This document shows, one piece after another, positions 1 through 46,832 of a stretch of DNA of 64,000 nucleotides (position 1 is the stretch's first letter; each line of letters begins with the position of its first letter). A model generated the notes under the pieces. It was not told where the DNA came from, made no database searches, and saw only the letters and a list, made by a program, of their open reading frames with translations. The stretch comes from the human T2T-CHM13v2.0 reference genome, Homo sapiens, in the NCBI RefSeq assembly GCF_009914755.1, contig NC_060947.1. One strand, written 5' to 3'. The position numbers and the translations under genes were made by a program.

Positions 1-20
1 CTCCTGCCTCAGCCTCCTGA

Positions 21-10794
<10,774 letters not shown>

Positions 10795-10833
10795 TCAGGT
10801 GTGGTGGCGCACGCCTGTAGTCCCAGCTAATCA

Positions 10834-10956
<123 letters not shown>

Positions 10957-10959
10957 TTA

Positions 10960-15264
<4,305 letters not shown>

Positions 15265-16383
15265 GGTTCTGGTTCAAGATGGCTGACTAGAAGCAGCTAG
15301 TGGGCACCTCTCTCATGGACAGGAGTTAAAATAGTGAGTAAATACTAACATTTCGAGTGGATCATGTAAGAGAGCATGCTGAAATTCACCAGAGAAACAA
15401 TAGGAACCATGGAGAACACAGGAGAATGAAGCTAGGCACTGTGCTTAGCCAGGATGGGTGTGGAGCTAGGAGAGGCTTCCTAACATGGGAGACAGGTGAG
15501 TGAGTGAGAGATTCAAGGGGTTCCACATCTCCAACACGGACCATTACAATCCAAGTCATGGAAGAGCCCCCTTGACTCCCCTTAGGTCTCCAGACTAACA
15601 CAGGGAGCCACCTGGAGACTGAGCAGAGGTACCACTCAAGCCCACGTGGAATTCAACAGACTTTTGATCCCCAAGCAGCCTTGAGCCAGGTGCTGCTGCC
15701 CTGGCCAAGGAGGGAGGTCAGGCATTTTCACATGCTCCTAGGAGAGATACCATGGCCATGGTAAGAAGGAATGGGTACATGACAAACCATATGGCTCCCA
15801 CCTCTGCTGCACCCTGCCAAACAGGGCTTGCCTGCTTTTGGGGCAGAACACCAACAAACCAACCCTGCCCCCACCTTAACATTGCAGGCACAGTTCAACT
15901 CCCAAAGGCCCCCAGCTCCCAGAAGCCATCTAAAGGCCCTCTGTAGCCTCTGCTACTGCGTCCTTAACTCCTGCCACCCACAGGCCAGGGAAGAAATGAG
16001 GAGGGAGGAAACTTTTGTGCACCCCAGTCATGATACAGAGGAGTGGTCAGGCTGCACATTGCATGATCCCTCACCTCCATGGCTCCCCACCAGACATGAT
16101 ATGCCTGCTTCAATGAAAGTCTCCCAGCACAGCACAACTGCCCTGCTCTTGCCTGAACACTGTGGCTATATCTTGGCATTCCTCTGAGGGCCCAAATCCT
16201 AGAGGTCACTGTTAGGCCCTTCCAAGTTGCTGCCACTGCTGCCTCTGCTCCTGCTGCCTGCAGGCCAGGGAGGGAATGGGGAGGTGGGGCAATATTGAAC
16301 ACCCCTAAGACAGAACCAAGGCTCCTCAGGACTTAGCATGTCCTTCTAGGATTGTTTTGGAAGGGACCAGCTGTGCAGATACC

Positions 16384-16951
<568 letters not shown>

Positions 16952-19620
16952 AGTGCAGCCCACAGGTAGGCAGCCTCTGGAACTGGAAGGTAGCTGCTTG
17001 AACCTTTAGATGCAAATATCGATGCTTAAGAAAACCGGCCACTTTAGCAACAGATATTTTCCCAGGAGAAGGCAAGAACTTGTGCATCTCCCTGTGCCCA
17101 TCCCTATCTCTTCTAACAACATTCTTCAACCTAATGATGCAACTAACATTTGCCTCCCTCATGCAGCCTGTGGTCTTGCCCAGCTCCTGTTACGTGTCTG
17201 TGTATGTGCGTGTTTGTCGACTGTGGTCTTTGTGGCTACTTGTTCATGGATGATATTGTGTTAGTGAACTGTGGAGACTCACTTTTCCAGGCAGGAGCGG
17301 AGCCATGTCACCACTGATCCCTCCCTGCCACCACGAGTCTCCATCATCTCCTGCTTCTAGGAGTCCACTTATTCCCTGAGAGACCAACCCCTTTTGTTGA
17401 TTTAGGGATGGGTTTGGGTAGGAGCATGGGCAGGAATCTCCAATTATCCTAGGACCTGGGGAGGTTTGCATCACCGTCATTATAGTTCCTCATGGACCCT
17501 CTTCACTCCTCTACAAGAAACTCGCTTCCTTATTTCACCCTCACATGAGTCTATCCTGAAGGTCTCTTAGTATTAATAATTGGAGATTCAAAGCAAGAAG
17601 CTGGTGAGCCCAGCCATTGCCTTCAGGCAAGCTACTCCCTTTCATGATCATTTTTTTCCAGGAGGCCTCCACTGAGAAGTCTGCATCAACCCTGCCCTTC
17701 TGCAGAGTTCCCAGTGATTTTAGGCTAAGGGCTTCTACTCTACCCCTGGGGAATGTGACCCTTGCGTATCTTCTCAGCAATAACCCCATGGGCTCTGGGA
17801 CTGTACCCCTCTTCAACCTTCCCTGCTTCTGAGATTTCAATCTACAAGCCAGCTCATCAGGATGCAGACTCCTATCCCTAAAGTTGGGTAACTGGCAGGT
17901 GATGGCTGAGGGACCCCCATTCTGTTGGGGCCAACACACTGGGATGGGCAGAGTGAGAGTAGGGGTCCTTTGATTCTCTGCCCATGTTCCCTTGGTCAGA
18001 CAACAGAGACAAATCCTGCATCCTTTGCTTTGCCTGTCAGTATTCAGAGTTGTGAGTGAGGAAGGTTAGAGATCTGGAAGACTCTGTATAGCCCTGCTGC
18101 AGAGGGAACAGCAAGAGGTCAGAGGTTACAATAAGAACAGTAACTCAAACCAGTTTCTGCCCCTACTGTCCTCCATGTTCCTGTGGAAACCAAACTGCTG
18201 CTATGACCATACTGCTGTTCTCTCTATTGTGATCTATCCTCTCAACAACAGAAAAAAGACATAAAATATTGTTTCCAAAAGAAAGACACAACCTGCAGCC
18301 ACAATGCAAAGGAGCAGGCAGAATACACACAGTGTGAACCCATGCTTCCATGGCTCCATGCAAGCTAAGGCTTGCCTGTTTCAGTAACAGGCCCCACATG
18401 TACCTGCCCCACCCTTGCCTGAATGCTGTGGCTTTGGGTGAACTCCCAGAGGCTGCCAACTCCCAGAGGCCGCTGATAGGCCCTCCACACCCTCTGCCAC
18501 TGCTGCTTCTGCCCCTGCTGCCCACAGGCCAGGGCAGCAGGCACCTTCATAGGCCCCAACAGTGAAATCCAGAACTGCTTCTGTGGAGGAAAGTGCAAGC
18601 AGGCCGCATGCTCCACAGCTGCCAGTCTTTACTGCCTCAGAAGAGGGGGCCTGCCCTCCCCAGTGAAAGTCTGACAGCACAGCTACCCTGCTCTTGCCAG
18701 ACCATTTCAACTGCAGCCCAGCCCCCATAAGCCTGTTGTCTCCCTGCCCCTGCCTAAGAGTTCTGCCAGTGACCCAGGGACCAGACTACCATTCTCAATC
18801 ACATCAAGCACCTGAAATGTGGGCTGACACAGTCCTGGTCCAGCCCCTTTCAGACTCATACATGACATTCAATGGGCCATATAGGGGCCTGAGAATAGAG
18901 GAGTCATCTACTCTAGTCCACCACTGCTGGCACCTGACCACCCCCACCCCCAGGGTCGGAGGTTGGACCAGCCCAACCAGCCAATATCACCACAACTGAC
19001 ACCCACATACACAGGCCAAATGACAGAGCCCCTACTCCTTTCTACATGAAGCAGCAGGGTTGCTCCATCAGAGAACAGGCAAGCCATAAATCTGTCTGTA
19101 TTGAGCTGAGTGAAGAGGTTCCATCCCCAAACCACTCCAGTGGAGAACTGTGAGTCAGGTAATTTCCATGGCTCTCAGCTACACTGTGGCCTGGAGATAG
19201 AAAACAGTGCATCTGAAAGGAGAGTCATTAGCACCAGGACAGGGGTGTAAAGGAGAAACAGATCACATTCCTGCATATCTAGGGTGTGAAGTCAGTGCAG
19301 CTCCCTTACCCCCTGCAGAGACCTTGGTGCATCTCACTAGGAGCTCCCCCAGCCACCCCAGTCAGGGCTGGTGCCTTCACTTGTCATTGGGATATTTATG
19401 GGCAAGGCAGGGCTGGTGCCTTTGCTTGTCATTGGGGTATTTATGGGCAAGTCAGGAGTGATTACATACACAGCAGCTTGTGCCCCAGCTGGGTCTTTGT
19501 TAGTGCCACTTACTGGCCTGCAGGTCTGACTGCACAGCCCAATGTAAAACCTAATAACAAAAGTGCACAACCAAAGGCAAAGAATTTACCCAACATACAC
19601 TACAGTTACACTCTCTAGAG

Positions 19621-20336
19621 GAAATATATATATGTGTGTGTATATATATATGTGTATACACATATATGTGTATACGTGTATACATATATATGTGTATACA
19701 TGTATACATACATATATGTAAACATACATATATACGTATGTATATATACACATATATACACGTATATACGTATATATGTGTATATACGTATATATGTGTA
19801 TATATACGTATATACACGTATATATGTGTATATACACGTATATACACGTATATACGTGTATATATGTATATATGTGTATGTATGTATATATGTGTATATG
19901 TGTATATATGTGTATACACATATATACACATATGTGTATAGATATATAGATGTGTATAGATATATAGATGTGTATACACATATATATGTGTATAGATATA
20001 AAGATGTATATACACATATACATATATGTGTATAGATATATAGATGTGTATACACATCTATATGTGTATAGATATATAGATGTGTATACACATCTATATG
20101 TGTATAGATATATAGATGTGTATACACATCTATATGTGTATAGATATATAGATGTGTATACACATCTATATGTGTATAGATATATAGATGTGTATACACA
20201 TATAGATGTGTATAGATATATAGATGTGTATACACATCTATATGTGTATACACATCTATATATCTATACACATATAGATGTGTATACACATCTATATGTG
20301 TATAGATATATAGATGTGTATACACATATATATATG
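19621..20336. repeat. ~715-bp compound TA/TG/CA microsatellite with ~30-bp higher-order units
   Basis: Repeats of ATATGTGTATAGATATATAGATGTGTATACACATCT and TACGTATA variants, located at the 5'UTR/ORF1 boundary of the L1PB element. Confidence 0.95.
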
Positions 20337-21153
20337 AAAAAAATCCCACCTGAATGAAAATAAATTCATAAAGAAGTGGCAGCCTCTCTAGATGAGAAGG
20401 AACCAGCATAAGAATTCTGTCACCATGAAAAATCTGAATGTTGTAATGCCACCAAAGGATCACACTAGCTCTCTAGAAACAGTCACTAAGGAAAGTGGAA
20501 ACTCAAAATGACAGATAAAGACAGATAAAGACATTTTAAAGATAAAGACAGATAAAGACATTTTAAAGATAAAATGACAGATAAAGAGATCAAAGCATGG
20601 TTTTGCAAGGAAGTTCAATGAGATCCAAGAGAAGATTGGAAATCAACACAATGAAACCGTGAAAGCAATCCAGAAAATGAAGGAGGATATTAATATCTTT
20701 AAAAAAAAAACAGAACTTCTAAAAATGAAAAATTCACTTAAGGAATTTCAAAATGCAATTGAAAGCTTTAACAATAGACTAGACCAAGCAGAAGAGGAAG
20801 ATAGGTTTTTTTTTTTTTTTAATTTTATAGGGATGGGATTTCACAATGTTGCCCAGGCTAGGCATAAACTCCTGGACCCAAGAGATCCTCCTGCCTCAGC
20901 CTCCCAAAGTGCTGGCAGTACAGGCATGATCCACCACACCTGGCAAAAGATAGGTCTTTCAAATTAACCCAGTCAGACAAAAATAAAGAAAAAGTAATTT
21001 TATAAAACAAACAAAGCCTTTGAGAAATATGGAATTATGTATAATTCAAGAAAACTTCCTTCACCTTTCTATGGAGGTAGACAGCCAGATACAGGAAATT
21101 CAGAGGACACCTATGAAATACTATACAAGGGGAAACATTAGCAAGGCGTATAG

Positions 21154-21479
<326 letters not shown>

Positions 21480-22123
21480 TGAGCCACCATGCCCAGCCCA
21501 AGAAAAAATCTTAAAGGCAGCTAGAGAAGAGTCAAATCACCTTAAAGGAAAACCCATCATACCAACAGCCAACTTTTCAGTTGAACTCCTACAAGCCAGA
21601 AAACACTGTGGGCCTATTTTTACCCTCCTTAAGGAATAAAAAACAAGCAAGAATTTTATATCCTTCCAAACTAAACATCACAAATGAAGGAGAAATCAAG
21701 TCTTTCCCAGAAAAGCAAACACTAAAGGAATTTGTCACCTCTAGATTGGTCCTACAAGAAGTGTTCAAAGGAGTTCTAAACATGGAAATGAAAGGATGAT
21801 ACCATCATAAAAGGACACATAACCACAAAGCTCACAGATCTCATAAAACAATTGAAAAATTAAAACTCCAAAACAACTAACAACACTATGACAAAAACAA
21901 AATGTCATATATCAATACTAACCTTAAATGTAAATTCAACCTTAAAGGGTTGAATGCTCCACTTAAAATATACAGAGTGGGCCGGGCACAGTGGCATATA
22001 TATATATATATATACAAAGTGGCAAATTGGATAATAAAACAAGACCTAACTATCTTCTGCCTACAAGAGACCCACTTACTGGCCAAAGATACCTTCAGTC
22101 TGTAAGTAAAAAGATGGAAAAAG

Positions 22124-23078
22124 TAGAATGATTTATAATCCTTTGGGTATATACCCAGTAATGGGATTGCTGGGTCAAATGGTATTTCTAGTTCTGGATC
22201 CTTGAGGAATTGCCACGCTGTTTTCCACAATGGTTGAACTAATTTGCAGTCCCACCAGCATTGTAAAAGCATTCCTATTTCTCCACATCCTCTCCAGAAT
22301 CTGTTGTTTCCTGACTTTTTAATGAGCGCCATTCTAACTGGTGTGAGATGGTATCTCATTGTGTTTGATTTGCATTTCTCTAATAAACAGTGATGATGAG
22401 CTTTTTTTCATATGTTCATTGGCTGCATAATGTCTTCTTTTGAGAAGTGTCTGTTCATTTCCTTCACCCACTTTTTTATGGGATTGTTTGTTTGTTTCTT
22501 GTAAATTTGTTTAAGTTCTTTGTAGATTCTGGATATTAGCCCTTTGTCAGATGGATAGATTGCAAAAATTTTCTCCCATTCTGTAGGTTGCCTGTTCACT
22601 CTGATGATAGTATGCACACATATGTTTATTGCAGCACTGTTCACAATAGCAAAGATTTGGAACCAACCCGAATGCCCATCAATGATAGACTGGATAAAGA
22701 AAATGTGGCACATATACACCATGGAATATTATGCAGCCATAAAAAAGGATGAGTTAATGTCCTTTGCAGGGACATGGATGAAGCTGGAAACCATCATTTT
22801 CAGCAAACTATCACAAGAACAGAAAACCAAACACCGCATGTTCTCATTCATAAGTGGGAGTTGAACAATGAGAACACATGGACACAGGGAGGGGAATATC
22901 ACACACCAGGGCCTGTTGAGGGGTGAGGGGCTAGGGGAGGGCTAGCATTAGGAGAAATACCTAATGTAGATGATGGGTTGATGGGTGCAGCAAACCACCA
23001 TGGCACGTGTATACCTATGTAACAAACCTGCACATTCTGCCCATGTACCCCAGAACTTAAAGTATAATTTAAAAAAAA
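22124..23078 (+). mobile_element. 5'-inverted (twin-primed) truncated L1PA7-like element
   Basis: Segment 22124-22610 is antisense ORF2 (ORF 21886-22359 -, [11 protein letters not shown]...), followed by sense 3' ORF2 and 3'UTR from ~22611; TSD AGATGGAAAAAG at 22112-22123 and 24617-24628. Confidence 0.88.
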
Positions 23079-23082
23079 TTTA

Positions 23083-24631
<1,549 letters not shown>

Positions 24632-24857
24632 TCACACAAATGAAAAAAAAAAGAAAGCAGGAAAAACCATTCTCATACCATGTAAAAGAGACTTTAAAAC
24701 AAGAACACTAAAAAATAAAAGACAAAGAGAGGCATTAGATAATACTAAAGGTTTCAGCATGGCAAGGAGATTGGACAATTTTAAATATATATTCATCCAA
24801 TACTGGAGCACCCAGATTCCCAAAGCAAATACTAATAGTCCTAAGAAAACAGATTTA

Positions 24858-25308
<451 letters not shown>

Positions 25309-25690
25309 TTACAGAGCATTTCAGCCAATGACTTCAGAATATACATTCTTCTCATTTGTGCATGTAACATTGTCTAAGATTGACCACATGCCTCATTACA
25401 AAGCAAGTCTCAACAAATTCAAATAAATCAGACTTATATCAAGCGTCTTCTCAGACCACAGTGGAATAAAATTAAAAACCAATACCAAGAGGAATGTTCA
25501 AAATTATGCAAGTACATGGAAACTAAACAACTTTTTTAGAGTGACTCCTGGATAAACAATAAAAACAAACAAGAAATAAAAAGAAGTTCTTTATAATGAA
25601 TGAAAAAATAGAGATACAACATACCAAAATTTCTGCAATGTAGCAAAAGCAGTAATAGGAGGAAAGCTTATAGTATTAAGCACGTACATC

Positions 25691-26030
25691 TCATGTTCTT
25701 TGCAGGGAGATGAATGGAGCTAGAGGCCATTATCCTTAGCAAACTAACACAGGAACAGAAAACAAAATTCCGCATGTTCTCACTTATAAGTGGGAGCTAA
25801 ATGATCAGAACACATAAACACATAGAGGGGAGCAACACACACTGGGGCCTATCAGAGGGCGAAGGGTGGGAGGAGGGAAAAGTTCAGGAAAAATAACTAA
25901 TGGGTACTAGTTTAATACCTGGGTGATGAAATAATCTGTACAACAAACCCCCATAACACAAGTTCACCTATGTAACAAATCTGCACATGTACCCCTGAAC
26001 TTAAAAGTAAAACAAAAACAAAAACATAAA
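25691..26030 (+). mobile_element. 5'-truncated L1PA (about L1PA13-like) 3' end nested in L1PB ORF2
   Basis: ORF2 end (GGAGCTAGAGGCCATTATCCTTAGCAAACTAAC) plus 3'UTR and A-rich tail. Confidence 0.75.
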
Positions 26031-26708
26031 ACAATTAGAAAGAGCTTATAGTAACAATGTAGTATTACACCTCAAGGAACAAGAAAAACAAGAACCAATC
26101 AAAATCAAAGCTGGCAGAAAATAAATGAGAAAGATCAGAGCAAAACTAAATGAGATTGAAGCCAAAAAAGAATGATACACAGAATCAATGAAATGAAAGG
26201 TTGATTCCTTGAAAGAATTTTAAAAATTGAGAGACCATTAGCTAGGCTAATCATGGAAAAAGGAGAGAAGATTCAAATTATCAAATTTAGAAATGATAAA
26301 GGTGACATTATAACTGGTAGCACAAAAATACAAAAGATCATCAGAAACTACTATGAACACCCCTATGCATACAAACTAGATAACCTAGAGGAAATGGATA
26401 AATTCCTGGAAACATACAGAGTCCCACGATTGAACCAGGAAGAAATAGAAATCCTGAACAGACCAATAACAAGTAATGAAATTGAAATAGTAATAAAAAA
26501 AAAAATCTTCCAAAAACAACAACAAAAGCCCAAGGCTAGATGGATTCACAGCTGAATTTTACCAGACATACAAAGAACACCTCGTACCAATCTTAATGAA
26601 ATTATATCAACAACTTGAGAAGAGATCCCTCCCTAATTCATTCTATGAATCCAGGGTCACCCTGACACTAAAGCCAGGCAAGGCCACAGTAAAAAAAAAC
26701 AAACCTAC

Positions 26709-26995
26709 AGGCCAGGTGCAGTGGTTCACGCCTCTAATCCCAGCACTTTGGGAGGCCAAGGCGGGCGGATCACGAGGTCAGGAGATCGAGACCACGGTGA
26801 AACCTCGTCTCTAATAAAAATACAAAAAATTAGCCGGGCGCGGTAGCAGGCGCCTGTAGTCACAGCTACTCGGGAGGCTGAGGCAGGAGAATGGCTTGAA
26901 GCCAGGAGGCGGAGCTTGCAGTGAACCGAGATCACGGCACTGCCCTCCAGCCTGGGCGACAGAGCGAGACTCCGTTTCAAAAAAAAAAAAAAAAG
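26709..26995 (+). mobile_element. AluY with the 12-bp left-arm deletion typical of the AluYd lineage
   Basis: GAGATCGAGACCACGGTGAAAC lacks TCCTGGCTAACA; AluY-type GGAGCTTGCAGT; TSD AAACCTACA. Confidence 0.75.
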
Positions 26996-27627
26996 AAACC
27001 TACAGGCCAATACGCATGATAAACATAGATGCAAAAATCCTCAACAAAATTCAAGCAAACCAAATCCAACAGCACATCAAAAAGATAATTCATCATGATC
27101 CCGTGGATTTGTTTCAGGGATGCCAGCACTGTTCAACATATGCAAATCACTAAATATGATTCACCACATAATCAGAACTGAGAACAAACACCATATATGA
27201 TCATCTCAATAGATGTAAAAGAGGATTTGATAAAATCCAATATCCCTTCATGATAAAAGTCCACAACAAACTAAGCATTGAAGGAACATACTTCAAAATA
27301 ATAAGAGCCATATATGATAAACCCACAGACAATATTATGTTCAATGGGGAAAACTTGAAAGCAATTCCCCCAAGATCTGAAACAAGATGAAGATCTACAC
27401 TATCACCACACTTTTTCAACATGGTTCTGTAGGTCCTAGCCAGAGAAATCAGGAAAGAGGAAGAAATAAATGGCATTCAAATTGGAAAAGAGGAAGTCAA
27501 AGTATCTCTTTGTTGATGACATTATTTTATACCTATAAATTGACTCCTCTAAAAGACTTCTAGACTTGATGAACTACTTCAATAAATTTGCAGAATACAA
27601 AAGTAATAGGCCGGGTGCAGTGGCTCA

Positions 27628-28241
<614 letters not shown>

Positions 28242-28394
28242 CTATACACCAATAATCTTCAAGCTGAGAATGAAATCAAGAAATCAATCCCATTTACAAT
28301 AGCCACAAAAAATAAAATACTGAGGAATACATTTAACTAAAAAGGTGAAGGCTCTCTAAAAAGATAACTACAAAATCCTAATTAAGAAATTGTA

Positions 28395-32862
<4,468 letters not shown>

Positions 32863-32892
32863 AAGAAATTGTAGGCTGGGTGCAGTGGCTCA

Positions 32893-33288
<396 letters not shown>

Positions 33289-33775
33289 TTACTAATTTCA
33301 TTTTTTTCACTGAATTATAAAAAACAATCCTAAAGTTCATATGGAACCAGAAAAGAGGCCAAATAGCCAAAGCAATTATAAGCAAAATGAACAAATCCAG
33401 AAGCATTACATGGCCTGACTTCAAATTATACTACAAAACTATGGAAACTAAAACAGCATGGTACTGTTACCAAAATAGATACATTGATCAAAGGAACAGA
33501 GGAGAGTAAATGGAAATAAAGCCACATACCTTCAACCAACTAATATTTGACAAAACTGTCAAACATAAGCAATGTGGAAATAACACCCCATTCAGGGTGA
33601 ATATGCAAAGAAAAGGGAATGCTTATACACTGCTAGTGGGAATGTAGATTTATTCAACTGCTATGAAAAACAGAATAAATATATCTCAAGGAACTAAAAA
33701 CAGAGCTACCATTAAACCCAGCATCCTTATTACTGTATATCTACCCAAAATAAATCATTATATAACAAACACACT

Positions 33776-40385
<6,610 letters not shown>

Positions 40386-40390
40386 AACTA

Positions 40391-40579
<189 letters not shown>

Positions 40580-40715
40580 CTATCCTGTAGGCTGAGGTGA
40601 GAGGATTGCTTGAACCTGGAGGCGGAGGTTGCATTGAGCCGAGATCTTGACATTGCACTCCAGCCTGGGCAAAAGAGTGAGACTCCATCTTGATTAAAAC
40701 ATACTCCTTGTATTA

Positions 40716-41227
<512 letters not shown>

Positions 41228-42012
41228 CTGCTGGGCATGGTGGCTCACGCCTGTAATCCCAGCACTTTGGGAGCCCAAGGTGGGCGAATCACCTGAGATC
41301 AGGAGTTCGACCAGCCTGACCAACATGGAGAAACCCCATCTCTACTAAAAATACAAAAAAAAAAAATTAGCAAGGCGTGGTGGCACATTATTGTAATCCC
41401 AGCTACTCAAGAGGCTGAGGCAAGAGAATCACTTGAACCTGGGAGGCGGAGGTTGCAGTAAGCTGAGATCACAACATTGCACTCCTAGGCAACAAGAGCG
41501 AAAACTCCATCAAAAAAAATTTTTTAATTTAAAAAACCCAAAACACCTACACTGACATGTGTATCACAGAACTATTCACAATAGCAAAGTCATAGAACCA
41601 ACCTAAGTGTCCATCAGTGGTTGACTAGATAAAGAAAATGTGGTACATATATGCCATGGAATATTATGCAGCCATAAAAACAATAAATTCATGTCTTTTG
41701 CAGCAACCTGGTTATACCTGGAGGTCATTATCCTAAGTAAACTAACTCTGAAGCAGAAAATCAAATATCACATGTACTCAGTTATAAGCAGGAACTAAAC
41801 GATGAATACACATGGACATAAAGATGGAAATAATAGACACTGGGGGCTCAAAAAAAAGGGGAGAGTGGGAGGGATAAAGATTGAAAGGTTACCTGTTGGA
41901 TACAATGTTCAATATTTGGGTAATGAGTACACTAGAAGCCCAATCCCCACAATTATGCAATATACCCATGTAACAAATATGATGGGTACTTGCTGAATCT
42001 AAAATTTTTAAA

Positions 42013-44432
<2,420 letters not shown>

Positions 44433-44497
44433 TTGTACCACACAAGATTATAAATTTTGTTATGTGTATTTATCATAATAAAAACATTTTTTTTTGA

Positions 44498-44641
<144 letters not shown>

Positions 44642-44867
44642 TGACTAATTTTTGTATTTTTAATAGAGAGAGGGTTTCACCATGTTGGCCAGGCTGGTAT
44701 CGAGCTCCTGACCTCAGGTGATCTGCCTGCCTCGGCCTCCCAAAGTGCTGAGATTACAGGTGTGAGCCACTACACCCAGCCTAAAGACAATTTTTAAACC
44801 CCACTATACATAGGAGAAAGAACTTTACAATGAAAACTACAAAAGCTTGAATGAAAGAAATTGAAGA

Positions 44868-44910
<43 letters not shown>

Positions 44911-45026
44911 TAAATAAATAAACACCCACACTCAGGGTTTGAAAGAAATTTATATATCTATAAATATATATATATAACATGTATAATATGTATTCTGCAT
45001 CAGAATAGCATACATCACAAAGGTAG

Positions 45027-45389
<363 letters not shown>

Positions 45390-45419
45390 TGAGCCACTGT
45401 GCCCAGCCAGAGTTTGTAT

Positions 45420-45809
45420 TTCATTCCAGTTACATATAGTGAATTTAAATAAACACATCTCTAGGATTGGACTCCTGATCATAGGATACTCCAGGACCCT
45501 GAAAGCTAGGTCAGGTCTAGACCTAACAGATGTTAAAGTATGCCTCCAGCTGATAGGCAAAATGATTCCCCATGGCTACTTGAGATGCTCAAAGTTCAAA
45601 AAGAACCAGGCAGTTATGGCTTTGTGTGGGAGCAGTCATGCACTCTGTTCTCAGAAAGATGTAAAAGTATCACAAGACCTCCCTTTCTGTAATCAAGCCA
45701 ATCCAGTTCCTTTTTTGGTGCCAAGATAAACTATGGCCAAAGCTCCTCCCCCAACCAGTAATTTGAAAAAAACATTTGACAGAGACTTCTGGTTTTGGTC
45801 TTGGAAACC
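45420..45809. mobile_element. Probable LTR fragment, family unresolved
   Basis: Non-Alu, non-L1 sequence with LTR-like composition, cut off by a MaLR LTR at 45810. Weak recognition only. Confidence 0.3.
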
Positions 45810-46472
45810 GTATCAGTTCATTTATGTGTTGCTGTAAAGAAATACCTGAAGCTGGCCAGACGCAGTGGCTCACGCCTGTAATCCCAGCACTTTGGAAGAC
45901 AGAGGCGGGCGGATCACGAGGTCAGGAGGTTGAGACCACCCTGGCTAATGCGGTGAAACCCCGTCTCTACTAAAAATACAAAAAATTAGCCGGGTGTGGT
46001 GGCGGGCGCCTGTAGTCCCAGTTACTCAGGAGGCTGAGGCAGGAGAATGGCGTGAACCCAGGAGGCGGAGCTTGCAGTGAGCAGAGATGGTGCCACTGCA
46101 CTCCAGCCTGGGCGACAGAGCGAGACTCCATCTCAAAAAAAAAAAAAGAAATACCTGAAGCTGGGTAATTTATAAAGAAAAGAGGTTTGTTTAGCTGTCA
46201 GTTCTGCAGGCTGTACATAAAGCATAGTGTCATCATTTGCTCCTGCTGAGGGCCTCAGGAAGCTTACAATCATGGCAAATAGTGAAAGGGAGCCAGCATC
46301 AAATGGCGAGAGAGGGAGAGGATGGTGTCAGGCCCCTTTAAACAACCAGCTTTCACATGAATTCAGAGTGAGAACTCATTCATTACCATGAGGAAAACAC
46401 CAAGCCATAAATGAGGACTCCACCCCCATGACCCCAGACATCTTCCACTAGGCCCACCTCCAACATTGGAGG
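45810..46472 (-). mobile_element. MST (MSTA/MSTB) MaLR LTR, interrupted by an AluY and truncated by THE1
   Basis: GCTGTAAAGAAATACCTGAAGCT..GGGTAATTTATAAAGAAAAGAGG...CCACTAGGCCCACCTCCAACATTGGAG. Confidence 0.85.
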
Positions 46473-46832
46473 TGATATGGTTTGGCTCTGTGTCACCATG
46501 CAAATCTCACCTTGAGTTGTAATAATCCCCACGTGTCCTGGGAGAGACACAATGGGAGGTAATTAAATCATGGGGGCAGGTTTTTCCCATGTTGTTCTCA
46601 TGATAGTGAATAAGTCTCACAAGATCTGATGGTTTTATAAAGGGGAGTTCCCCTGCACATGCTCTCTTGTCTGCCACCATGTAAGATGCGACTTTTCTCC
46701 TCATTTGCCTTCTGCCATGATTGTGAAGCCTCCCCAGCTATGTGGAACTATGAGTCAATTATACCTCTTTCCTTTATAAATTACCCGATCTCAGGTATGT
46801 CTTTATTAGCAGCATGAAAATGGACTAATACA
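46473..46832 (+). mobile_element. THE1 (B/C-like) 5' LTR
   Basis: TGATATGGTTTGGCTCTGTGTC...GCAGCATGAAAATGGACTAATACA. Confidence 0.92.

Noticed and set aside
19551-20463. Long Tyr/Ile/His/Thr-rich ORFs (also 9549-10209)
   Set aside because: Translations of TA/TG microsatellites, not genes.
20508-20590. ACAGATAAAGACATTTTAAAGATAAA repeats
   Set aside because: Simple slippage duplication in a dead L1 ORF1.
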